Origin: an uncultured Nitrospinota bacterium
GTDB lineage: Bacteria; Tectomicrobia; Entotheonellia; J063; CAVPRW01
Assembly (NCBI GenBank): GCA_963707985.1
Contig: CAVPRW010000033.1
Span: forward strand, 19,500-83,499
Reading direction: 5' to 3'
DNA: 64,000 nucleotides
A model generated the notes under the pieces. It was not told where the DNA came from, did not search any database, and worked only from the letters and a program-made list of their open reading frames with translations. A program made the position numbers and the translations under genes. Of this stretch, positions 1-8,900 are shown piece by piece (position 1 is the stretch's first letter; each line of letters starts with the position of its first letter).

Positions 1-322
1 CGCCGACGGGGATCTGCTCCATCAGCACTAGCAGCTGTGCAGTGACTAGGGGCCCATCCTCTGCTACGAGGAAATGGGACTCGAAGTACCGCACTCGCTC
101 GACAAGTGTGGTCACCGGCCTGGGGCTGGTGAAGGCTTGCGGCCGGCTGAGCGTGGCCAGGTATTCACGCAAGACCTGTCGGCTGATCCACAGTTTCACG
201 CCCGCCCGGTAATACGCTCTGATCGTTTCGAGAGCTATGTCATGGAGCGGGGCACTGGCCACGTTGCCGTATACCAGCACGTTGGTGTCCAGGAACAGAG
301 TATCAACGTCCCCAGTCGCCAT
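1..322 (-). CDS. PIN-domain (VapC-like) toxin, 3' end beyond the window start
   Basis: Not in the ORF track because its stop lies outside the window. Manual translation from ATG 322: MATGDVDTLFLDTNVLVYGNVASAPLH...WISRQVLREYLATLSRPQ...IPVG. The LDTNVLVY and QVLREY motifs are typical of PIN domains. Overlaps the upstream small gene. Confidence 0.85.
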   Translation of the reverse strand, partial: MATGDVDTLFLDTNVLVYGNVASAPLHDIALETIRAYYRAGVKLWISRQVLREYLATLSRPQAFTSPRPVTTLVERVRYFESHFLVAEDGPLVTAQLLVLMEQIPVG

Positions 323-533
323 ACATGTCCTCGCGTCGCAGGGAAAGACCTTCTGGCCAGGGTCCCCAGTCGTCGACTGGGAAGTCAACGGGGTAAGCCT
401 CTCCCTCTCCTGCCGGTTCCTCTTCAATGACCAACACCACCCGGTGATCACCGGGCCGGATGTCGGGCGGCACCCGCACAGTGATGGTCCCTTCCGCTGA
501 TACCGTCGCTGTGGTCTCGATAGTCTTCATCAT
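303..533 (-). CDS. Small putative antitoxin (76 aa) paired with the PIN toxin
   Basis: Beta-rich N-terminus (TTATVSAEGTITVRVP) and acidic tail ending LRREDMYGDWGR; overlaps the PIN gene start; ATGA overlap with the upstream MNT. Confidence 0.65.
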   Translation of the reverse strand: MMKTIETTATVSAEGTITVRVPPDIRPGDHRVVLVIEEEPAGEGEAYPVDFPVDDWGPWPEGLSLRREDMYGDWGR

Positions 534-958
534 GCTTCTCCCATACCGGTCTCATGAGCTCCCACAGCGGGCCTCGTCCCCGGCGGGCGGGAACCATGAG
601 CAGCGGCCCGCAGCAACCTCCCCTCGCGCACGACGGTCGCCGGAAACGACGCCGGTAGGTGGAGTCGTGCATCGAAGGTGGCCCGATCCCACACGACCAC
701 ATCCACAGCGGCGTGGATGCCCCCTAGGGCTCTGAACCCACGCTGCGAGAGTCGGTACAGGGGCTCAGTTGGATGCTCAACAAGGACGAGGATATCATAG
801 TCGCTGTCCGGTCCCGCGTCCCCGCGTGCCATCGAGCCGAAGAGGTAGATCCGCGCTGGGTGGCAAGTTTTGACAAGCCGCCGGACGATCTCGGCGAGGA
901 GAGGTTCGCGTGCAAGCAAGTCCGTGTCTAGCGACCGGCCTCGGTCTATGGTCGTCAT
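530..958 (-). CDS. Minimal nucleotidyltransferase (MNT) protein, no adjacent HEPN partner
   Basis: From ATG 958 (MTTIDRGR): YLFGSMARGDAGPDSDYDILVLV contains the GS...DxD MNT motif; paralogous to the three upstream MNTs. Confidence 0.85.
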   Translation of the reverse strand: MTTIDRGRSLDTDLLAREPLLAEIVRRLVKTCHPARIYLFGSMARGDAGPDSDYDILVLVEHPTEPLYRLSQRGFRALGGIHAAVDVVVWDRATFDARLHLPASFPATVVREGRLLRAAAHGSRPPGTRPAVGAHETGMGEA

Positions 959-1019
959 GTTCTGCTGTTTTTGGGTTGCCACAGATCGTTTTCCTTTACA
1001 CGCCAGGAAATGGCCCAGC

Positions 1020-1238
1020 TCACAGCTCTTCACACTCCGATATCTCGATCCCCACCTCTCGGAGAATTCGCCTGAGAAGTTCTTGCTCGATGTCCTCTCC
1101 GTGTGGGTTCCGGAAGCGGACACGTAAATTGCCCTTGACCATGAATTGATGTTTGTCTCCCGCGACTGGACCAGGGAAGCCAAGCTGGCGCAGGCACTGC
1201 GCGAGTTCTCGACGTTTGACGGGCCCAAATCGTGGCAT
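1020..1238 (-). CDS. hicA: HicA-family toxin
   Basis: MPRFGPVKRRELAQCLRQLGFPGPVAGDKHQFMVKG...NPHGEDI...LLRRILRE matches the HicA pattern; start overlaps the hicB stop (TGATG). Confidence 0.8.
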   Translation of the reverse strand: MPRFGPVKRRELAQCLRQLGFPGPVAGDKHQFMVKGNLRVRFRNPHGEDIEQELLRRILREVGIEISECEEL

Positions 1239-1480
1239 CAGGCGACTTCTTGGATGTTCAGCGTGATACCGTCTATTTCCGGTAACGCATGGCCCATCTT
1301 GAGACCGAGGACAATCCACTCCTCCAAAACCTCGCGCAATTCTTCCCGACAGGCTTCTAGGGTTTCCGCATTCGTCCACACGCCCTGAAGCCCATCGATA
1401 GTTCCGAAGTATCCTTCGCCATCAGACAAAATCTCATAGTGTGCTTTCCGCAGTGCTGCCTTGATATAAGCGGTCAGCAT
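1238..1480 (-). CDS. hicB: HicB-like antitoxin
   Basis: MLTAYIKAALRKAHYEIL...YFGTIDGLQGVWTNAETLEACREELREVLEEWI, typical of short HicB-like proteins. Confidence 0.8.
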   Translation of the reverse strand: MLTAYIKAALRKAHYEILSDGEGYFGTIDGLQGVWTNAETLEACREELREVLEEWIVLGLKMGHALPEIDGITLNIQEVA

Positions 1481-1548
1481 AGATGGTTCTCCCTGCAGAT
1501 TACATCAAAGTCGGTTGCCTACACCGTATGATTTGCACTCCCCGCAAA

Positions 1549-2085
1549 TCAAAAAGTCTGATAATTTCGGCAACCTCGGCTCAAACATGTGCGACATACG
1601 TATCGACAGCTCATCCTGTCCGCTTGGCGATATGGCAATATCGAGTGAGAATGCTCCTGCAGCGCGCCAAGGATCGTCATGGGCGAACCTCCGCGGGCAG
1701 GCGGCCGGAGGACCGCTTCGTAGACCTCACGGGCCAGGGCAAGCGCTTCATGGGCCTCGCTCTCAGCGGGCGCGAGCGGTACACCGGGATAGCGGAACCT
1801 CCAGGCATACGGTGTCAGATCCTTGGCTCCGTCTACCACCGCTTCCAGGGTCGAATCCAGTGCCACCACCGCAATCCCGAGTTCGTCGAGGTCGTGGGTC
1901 CTGCGAAACGGGCGTCCATGCGCGGCGAGGAACGCCTTGCGCGTCTTTTCCGCGGCCTGCTGACTGTGAAAGACCGCCCCTCGCAAGAGCGGCGGGGCAG
2001 CGGTCAGATCATGGTCGGCTTCGCGCAGGTCGTCGGCCGCTCGCTCAAGCCACTCCCGTACCTCCGCCGCCACCTCAGGATGCAT
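1549..2085 (-). CDS. HEPN-domain protein; a 1-nt insertion near 1707 shifts the C-terminus (paralog-equivalent stop at 1677)
   Basis: FHSQQAAEK, RTHDL and RYPG motifs. The 3' end aligns with the paralog's ...RLPAEVRP* except for one extra C. Confidence 0.85.
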   Translation of the reverse strand: MHPEVAAEVREWLERAADDLREADHDLTAAPPLLRGAVFHSQQAAEKTRKAFLAAHGRPFRRTHDLDELGIAVVALDSTLEAVVDGAKDLTPYAWRFRYPGVPLAPAESEAHEALALAREVYEAVLRPPARGGSPMTILGALQEHSHSILPYRQADRMSCRYVCRTCLSRGCRNYQTF

Positions 2086-2410
2086 AGACGAGCCTCCCTT
2101 CCCGCTGCACCGTGGCGGGGAGCGAAGATACTGCGCGGCTTCGCGACTCGAACTCCTGGCGCGTATATACGACTACGTCCTTGGCTGCTCCGACTCCACA
2201 CAGCGCCCGAAACGCCAGCACATCCCGCCGGTGCGGAGCAAGGTCGGACTCCAGTACCACAGCCAAAAGATCGTAGTCGCTGTCGGTCCCGGCGTCACCC
2301 CGCGCCCTCGATCCAAAGAGGTAGATCCGTTCCGGATGGAGGGCGTGCACGAGGCGGTCCACCATTTCACACAACACCAGGTCCTTCTCCAACAGAGGAT
2401 CGCGCTTCAT
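2075..2410 (-). CDS. MNT nucleotidyltransferase
   Basis: YLFGSRARGDAGTDSDYDLL; 11-nt overlap with the downstream HEPN gene. Confidence 0.9.
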   Translation of the reverse strand: MKRDPLLEKDLVLCEMVDRLVHALHPERIYLFGSRARGDAGTDSDYDLLAVVLESDLAPHRRDVLAFRALCGVGAAKDVVVYTRQEFESRSRAVSSLPATVQREGRLVYAS

Positions 2411-2820
2411 GGCCGCACCTCCGCGGGCAGGCGACTGAGGACCGCTTCATAGACCTCACGGGCACAGGCCAGCGCCTCTTGGGCTTCCTCAACCGGGGGC
2501 TCGGCCGGTTCACCTGGGTAACGGAACTTCCAGGCATACTCCGTCAGCCTCGCAGCTCGCCGCGCTAAATCCTCCAATGTGGCATCAATGGCGACGCACT
2601 GCTGGCCAATCTCTACCAAGTTATGAGTCTTTCGAAACGGTTCATCGTGCCATGTCAGAAAGCCCTTCAGAGCCTTTTCAGCCAACTGCTGCGCATGAAA
2701 AGTGATATCGGCCGTTAGTGGTGGCACGGCGGTGAACTCAAACTCAGCAGCCCGCAGATCGAGCGCCGCCTTCGCAAACCACTCGCGCGTCTCAGCCATG
2801 CGCCCTGGCTCAGGCTGCAT
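2407..2820 (-). CDS. HEPN-domain protein (intact)
   Basis: From ATG 2820 (MQPEPGR): FHAQQLAEKALK, KTHNL, RYPG. Confidence 0.9.
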   Translation of the reverse strand: MQPEPGRMAETREWFAKAALDLRAAEFEFTAVPPLTADITFHAQQLAEKALKGFLTWHDEPFRKTHNLVEIGQQCVAIDATLEDLARRAARLTEYAWKFRYPGEPAEPPVEEAQEALACAREVYEAVLSRLPAEVRP

Positions 2821-3193
2821 AGAGGAGCCTCCCCTCGCGCAAGATCGTACCTGGGAGCGACGCCCGTAGGTGCGCACGGCTCTCGAAGCGCCCGCGCGTC
2901 CACACCAGGACGTCCGCTGCCGTTCCGGTGCCCCACAGCCGTTCGTAAGCCAGCCGGCTACGCTTCTGATCCGCGGGGGCATCATTCGGGACGACGACCA
3001 ACAGGTCGAAGTCGCTATCGGGGCCATAATCACCCCGTGCCTTGGAGCCGAAGAGATAAATCCGCTCTGGCTGGTAGGCTTCGACCAGACGTTCGACGAT
3101 CTGTGCGAGCGCACGAATGTCCTCCTCTTTCAAGTGAGGCAGCTCACGGCGAATCCGGTCTTCAAGCATATCTTGGAGTTGAGCACTCATCAA
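2810..3193 (-). CDS. MNT nucleotidyltransferase
   Basis: YLFGSKARGDYGPDSDFDLLVVV; overlaps the HEPN start. Confidence 0.9.
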   Translation of the reverse strand: MMSAQLQDMLEDRIRRELPHLKEEDIRALAQIVERLVEAYQPERIYLFGSKARGDYGPDSDFDLLVVVPNDAPADQKRSRLAYERLWGTGTAADVLVWTRGRFESRAHLRASLPGTILREGRLLYAA

Positions 3194-3277
3194 ACTATTC
3201 TCCGGTGTTCATCGCACGTCGAACATCGTGAGTTAGTCTGTCCTCTAACCCCTTCAACACCCGACACCACCCGGCCA

Positions 3278-3687
3278 TCATCGCGGAGTGGTGTTGGGGA
3301 AAAGTTGTTGGCGAACAAACTCGACCAGCTCGCTGGCAAGCCGCAACGCCTCCTTTGCCTCCGCAAGTTCTGGTTCTAACGGTCCCCCAGGATAGCGGAA
3401 CTGCGTGACGTAGGGATTGAGTGTATGCGCTGTATCCATGAAACCCACGAAAGCCGAATCGCTGCGCTGACAGAGTCCCACAAGGCGCTCCAGGTTGTGT
3501 GTTTTCGGGAAGGGCCGGTCGTACGCCGCAAGAAATGCCTTAAGCGCCTTCTCCATAGCTTGCTGAGCGTGAAAGACGGCCAGATCAGCCAGGATCGGCT
3601 CCACGGAAAGTGCCCTCCAGCTCCCAGCAAGTCCCTTTGGGCTCTTGTCAACCAATCCCGAGCTTCTTCAAGGGCTTCAGGCTGCAT
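3278..3687 (-). pseudogene. HEPN-domain protein, frameshifted near 3618
   Basis: N-terminus MQPEALEEARDWLTRAQRDLL is in one frame; the remainder (RALSVEPILADLAVFHAQQAMEKALK...KTHNL...RYPG) is in another; 1 nt is missing. Confidence 0.8.
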
Positions 3688-4057
3688 ATAATACACGTCC
3701 CTCGCGCAGCACTGTGGCTGGGAGCGATGCAAGCGCCCGGCTGCGGCGCTCGAACTCATCGCGCGGCATAACTAAGAGGTCGAGTGCTAGTGAGTGAGGG
3801 GCCACAGCCCGATAAGCCGCTTGGGCCAATCGGTGAGGTGGCTGGTCAGCCTTCGATACGACCACCAGGAGATCAATATCACTGTCGGGGGTCGGCTCGC
3901 CGCGAGCTTGAGATCCAAAGACATAGACCCGTTCAGGTTGAAACCTTTCAACCAATCGTCCCACGACGCATGCCAAGTCGTATACCTCATTCAGAGAGAG
4001 ATGTGGAAGCTCATGGTGGATCCGCTCTTCAAGCTCTCGTTCGAGCACATGCATCAT
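3677..4057 (-). CDS. MNT nucleotidyltransferase
   Basis: YVFGSQARGEPTPDSDIDLLVVV; ends REGRVLYAA like its paralogs. Confidence 0.9.
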   Translation of the reverse strand: MMHVLERELEERIHHELPHLSLNEVYDLACVVGRLVERFQPERVYVFGSQARGEPTPDSDIDLLVVVSKADQPPHRLAQAAYRAVAPHSLALDLLVMPRDEFERRSRALASLPATVLREGRVLYAA

Positions 4058-4148
4058 CGTGAAAATCTCACCTTACGCAATGTAAGCTGGGCCGCGAGGC
4101 TGCGCTGCAACGCTTCGTGCGCGCCCGACCGGGATTCAGCGAGAAGGG

Positions 4149-4613
4149 TCATGGCCTTGCTCGTGAGAGATGGTTGCGGGCCTCTTTAGCATCGTGCACC
4201 GTCAAACCCACCTTCCCCTTCAAGTAGTCAGCAACCTCGGGTTTCGCCAATCCCCGGTTCACATGTCCCCCGAAATCGCTATCCTCAGTGACCAGATATT
4301 GACCGGTTCGCTCGGCAACAGCTACGAACACATGGTCTGAAGGCTCGTGGCAACCTATCTTACTGAGGCGCCTCACATGTCTGTTTTCAAGTCGACCCGG
4401 AACCTGCTGAACCCGCTGCCATATCTCCTGGTACCACTTCTGAAATAGCGGATAGCCCGAGCAGTTCCCCTGGTACTCGGCAAGAATCTTACCTTCTACA
4501 TCCAGGGCAACCACATGGTTCTGTGTCCGGATCGAAGATAACACGTCGAGGTGATCCCAACTGTTTTCTTTGCAGGCATTGATGATCACGTTGGTGTCCA
4601 GGGTTACGATCAT
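4149..4613 (-). CDS. PIN-domain-like nuclease
   Basis: N-terminal LDTNVII, central EY, C-terminal SDHVFVAVA...LVTEDSDF acidic residues; ATGA overlap with the upstream ATPase. Confidence 0.75.
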   Translation of the reverse strand: MIVTLDTNVIINACKENSWDHLDVLSSIRTQNHVVALDVEGKILAEYQGNCSGYPLFQKWYQEIWQRVQQVPGRLENRHVRRLSKIGCHEPSDHVFVAVAERTGQYLVTEDSDFGGHVNRGLAKPEVADYLKGKVGLTVHDAKEARNHLSRARP

Positions 4614-5974
4614 CGTTTTGAAGCCTGCCCGCCATGGCTTGCGATGGCTTCGCTGATGGCCATCACTTCTTCATAGTCGTCTGAGAAGAACCTGACGAAT
4701 CCCTTGGGGGGATCTGGAGTCTGACCGAGTTCGTTGACTTCGACTGCACTTACAACGCTTCTGTTGTCCTCTCGCTCCACGAAGTACACACCTAACTGGT
4801 CGCGCTGAAGCTTGCGCTCGACCTCGGCGCTCGGCTTCACGGTCGTCTCCGCAACACGCCGGCGCAACCGGAGGAGCAGGTGCTCGCTGTGGGTTTCGAT
4901 CAGGAACCGGTGGCTCTGGCCGAGCGCGTCGATAAGGAGGTCACCCAGGTCCGCCTGCGCGCGGGGATGAAGGTGGAGTTCCGGTTGTTCGAGAAGGATT
5001 GTCCGACCCGTACCACCGGCGTAACACTGCACCAGCACGGGCAAGACCTGGGACAAGCCAAAACCCACATCCTTAAGGTTATAGACCTGCTCTTCTCCCT
5101 GGTTGTCCTTATCCCGTACCCCAATCTGCAATAAGGGTGAGTTCCTGAACACCCGGACGTCAAGTCTGTACCCCAGCCGTTTAAGCCACCAGTTCAGGCG
5201 TTGGTCCAGCTCGTCCTGCTTTCCCTGGTACTGCACTGCTGCCAGTAATTTGAAGGTGTTCTCTCCCCTGCGGCCTACCTCAGCAACGCTCTCGCCTGTA
5301 AAATAATAGACGCGTTCCGGCTCGGTACGCAGCGGGCCGATGTAAGCGATGCTGCGGAAGTCGGCTTCAACTTGCTGCGCGACCTGCTGGCAGAGTTCGC
5401 TGACTGACGCGTGTGCCCCTGAGCCAGCCGTAGGAAGTGGTAGGAAATGTGCCCAGGTGATCTCATCAGCAGCCGGAAGTTGATTCGGCGAGAAGATGTC
5501 GGAAGTCAACCACCACTCGGATCTCGGCCCGCGGCGTAAATATCGTCGCGCAACTTCGAGAAGCCTCCTTCCATCTTTGTCAAAGATGCCAGTTGCTAGC
5601 AGGTAGGTGACTTTTCGGGGCTTGTCGTAACCGATCTGCAGCCGGAGCAGGATTTCACGAATGGGACGCACCCAGCCAACAAACGGCTCGTCGAGCCGTA
5701 GGCGGAGGGAGACGCTTAGCGGTCGTCGCGGGTCATAGCGATGTCCAAAGACGAGATCCTCATATGAACCCAGGTCCACTCCCAGATTAGAGGTAAAGAC
5801 AAACGGCGTTGATCGGTCTGGGTTGAGGACGCTCTGACGCAGCATAAGCAGACCCGCCAGCAGGGTACTCTTGCCTGATGAGTTGTGGCCGAAAAAAAGT
5901 GCCAACGGCCGTAGCTCGATCCAATCGGTATCTTCGAAGCCCCGGAAGCGGGTAAGACGAAAGGCTTCAATCAC
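4610..5974 (-). CDS. ABC/AAA_21-type ATPase with DUF3696-like C-terminus
   Basis: FRGF start motif, Walker A GHNSSGKS, YIGPLR, signature VGFGLSQ, Walker B LLEQPELHLHP, H-loop ETHSEH; GTG start at 5974 overlaps the pglX stop. Confidence 0.9.
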   Translation of the reverse strand: MIEAFRLTRFRGFEDTDWIELRPLALFFGHNSSGKSTLLAGLLMLRQSVLNPDRSTPFVFTSNLGVDLGSYEDLVFGHRYDPRRPLSVSLRLRLDEPFVGWVRPIREILLRLQIGYDKPRKVTYLLATGIFDKDGRRLLEVARRYLRRGPRSEWWLTSDIFSPNQLPAADEITWAHFLPLPTAGSGAHASVSELCQQVAQQVEADFRSIAYIGPLRTEPERVYYFTGESVAEVGRRGENTFKLLAAVQYQGKQDELDQRLNWWLKRLGYRLDVRVFRNSPLLQIGVRDKDNQGEEQVYNLKDVGFGLSQVLPVLVQCYAGGTGRTILLEQPELHLHPRAQADLGDLLIDALGQSHRFLIETHSEHLLLRLRRRVAETTVKPSAEVERKLQRDQLGVYFVEREDNRSVVSAVEVNELGQTPDPPKGFVRFFSDDYEEVMAISEAIASHGGQASKR

Positions 5975-8900
5975 GGTCTGGCCACCATCCTGGTTTGGGT
6001 AGCTTGCCCTCACGACACCAGCGCCGCTCGTCGGCCCGCCATACGGCGCGGTCCTCGATGGCTCGTTCGATGTCTATACTCGCAAGGACGTCCGCCGCCA
6101 GTAAGCGGTACTTCTGGAGCGGCGCGATGTTCACCCGCACGCCATCGTTGATGTCCGGATCGTAGGCTTGCTCCTGGCGCAAGAAGGCCACCTTGTCCGG
6201 AATGGCACTCTTGGACATTCGACGCGCCCACTGGTCGGGTTCCTCTCGGGCCAGCAGTTCTTCTAGACGCCTTGACAAGAACCCCTCTGCGTTGACCGTG
6301 TCCAGCGCTGCTTCGAACGCTTTAAGCTCGTCCACGGTCCCAGCGAGACGCTCAGCTGCGGCACGGGCGGCGACGTTGCCTTCCGCCGCGCGTCGGCGCT
6401 CCTCGGCCAGCTCAAACTCTCGCCGCTGGAGAACTGGCCGGAGATAGTGAGTTTTGATGCGGGTGAGAGTATCAGCTGTGAGCTTGTGGTAATAGACCAG
6501 ACACGCAAAAGCCGGCCCACCCGTCCGGGTCGAGGGCCGACCACGGCGGCTGGACGCAGCCTCCCAGCGCGTATCGACGGCACGACCGCTCGCTAGCAGC
6601 CAGGCGATAGGCCGGCGCTTGAACTGGGATACGTGATGCGGGAAGAAATCCCTTGCCAGCCAGTCGGCGAGGCTTCGTCCCATGATCTGGCGAAACTCTT
6701 GCTCGATGGCATCGACACGCGCCTCGCCGAAGTCAGCGACGATCCGCTCACGCACCCGATCGAGCAACGTGCGCTCGCCTGTTCCATCAATCAGTGGGAT
6801 GATGCCGTCCGGGTCGGCCCACTCGGGTACGGGCTTGTTAGCCTCAATCTGCTTTGGCCAGCGGTGACCGAGCAGGTGCAAGATCATAGTCGTAAAGTAA
6901 TCTTTAACATTCCTCTGCAACTCCGAGTGACAAACGATTTTGTCTTGCTCGCGTAGCTCTTTGAGTAGCCAATAGATTGATATTGGATGGATTTCGAGTT
7001 TCTGAGAAAGATTTTCTACAAAGGTCTCGGCTGGGATAGGAATGTGTGCCCCTAGTGCGAGGGTCTCATCTTCTTCTTCGCCATCGGTGTTTTCGGCATC
7101 CTCCGCCTCTCTGGCTCCGGGCTTTACACCCCATCCTGCTTCGTACAGCGCTCGCAGGCGGGCTTTGAGCATTGCCAACTCATCGCTCGAAACTCCCTGG
7201 CAACGTTCGCGGTCTAGAAGCTCTAAGACTAGCGTGGGAAGATCTAGTCCATCCGGCAGAGGGGGGATCGCATTATATCCTTCGAGAAGGGGATACCAGG
7301 CAGCAGGCGTACCTGTTTCTACGAACACTGTGGCAACGTCGTCTCCAGTTACATTGTAGGCATTGAAAACCTCTCGCTCAGAGATACCTTCGAGTGCATG
7401 AAGGACTGCCGCGACGCATTCGCCCCGCTCGATACCATGGTGAAAAGTTTTAGCTAGGGAAGAGGTACCGTTGATCAACTGTGTTGTGAAAGTCTGTTCG
7501 ACTGGATTCCGCGCGACAAGCCAGCGTTTGAAGGCGAGACAGGCTGATTCCAAGGTAGTTATCGAGCTGGGAATGCACTCAGGGATAGGCACCCGCGAGA
7601 CGTAGCTGGCGCTCAGTACCATCTGCGGACGAACCCAACGAACCGCGGCCGACGCTAGACGCGCGTTGAGAACTGCGCCCAGGCCAGCCGGAATAGTGAC
7701 GCGTGGTATTACAGCTACAGCATCTGCGAGCACTGCGCCCCAGAGGCTATTCGATAAATATCGGAGGCCGAGCGAACCTCTCGCCAATGAGCTGTAGGTG
7801 TAACCTGCCTTAAAGAAATAATCCTCGTTATAGATTCGCTTACCAGCATTTCCGTAGCGTTCAATGGTTACCAGCTTCATGCGGATGCCATTGTTCTCCC
7901 AATTCACTACCCAGAAATGATGTCCGAACCACTTGCTGTAGCCGCCACCCTTCTCGAAAGGCACCCAACGCCGACTGTGCACCGGGTAGGCCCACTCCCT
8001 TGGTGGTACCTCCCACGTGAGGCGCACAAAGCAGGGATCATTAGTTGTTGCCAGCCCTTGGATGACATCTGCGACGTCTCCTAGCACTCGGCCTGCCAAT
8101 AACTCGAAGAATCGGTCGCGTAACCAGTAGGACAGCGGGGAGTGAGGGATAGACAGGAATCGTTCTTGCGGTGGATGGAACACAACAGCTAGCGCGTTTC
8201 CCTGAACCGCTCGAACCAGCGCTGCTGCCTTTTCCCGAGCGCTTCCTAGACCGATGAGGCGCGCGGCCCACAGGCGGTGCTGAGGTCCTGGCGGGGCCTG
8301 GGCGAGTACGAACAGGGTGACGTTCACCACCTCGCCGGAGATCTCCTCGAAGGCCCGTGGCCCCAGGTGAGCAAGGCAGTCGATGGTTTGCTGCTCCAGG
8401 ACGCCCTTTCGAAGCTCGGCAAAAGATCGCAGGAACATCCACGACTGCTGGGTGACCATCGCCACCTTTCCGCCGTGCCTCGCGAGTTGTAGACAACGCT
8501 GGATGAAGGCGGCGTAAAGGTCGCGCTTGCCTGCCGCGTAATGACGCTGCACATACGCCTTAAGCCGCTGCCCCATATTCTTCGAGCCCATATAGGGCGG
8601 GTTGGTCGCAACCACGTCGTAGCGGCGTGACAGCAGCTCGATGAGGTCCAACCCTTTCTCGGCCTCGGCGCCGAAGATAGCCGTCGAGAGGTCCTTCGCA
8701 TCGGCCTCTCGCGCGAACTGCTGGTGCAGCCGGGCAAGCACGGCCTGCTTCCACTCCTGCCAGGGGGGCAGCATATCCAGATCGAGCCTCCCCTGAGCGC
8801 CAGGCTCCGGCAATCCAAGCAGCGGCAGCAGGCTCAACTGCTCTGTTTGCTTGTTGGCCCGTCGCACTTCGTGCTTGCGCAACTCCTCGATGGCTCGGTC

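Noticed and set aside
530..1228. 232-aa ORF read as one long nucleotidyltransferase
   Set aside because: The first ~90 codons overlap hicA in another frame; MNT similarity starts at ATG 958.
1483..2568. 361-aa plus-strand ORF, and other long antisense ORFs over pglX, brxC, groEL and the monooxygenase
   Set aside because: Shadow frames of well-supported genes in high-GC DNA, with no recognisable motifs.
3110..3193. MNT N-terminal ELPHLKEE resembles PglX RLPHLKDD
   Set aside because: Only about 5 identical residues; likely chance.
4092..4117. 13-mer inverted and 12-mer direct matches between this intergenic stretch and the pglX 5' region (9939-9984)
   Set aside because: Short, GC-rich and in mixed orientation; not enough to claim an invertible segment or antisense element.
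1..4148. Integron cassette array or CRISPR array as the explanation for the TA cluster
   Set aside because: Genes overlap directly; no attC-like or regularly spaced repeats, integrase or cas genes were seen.
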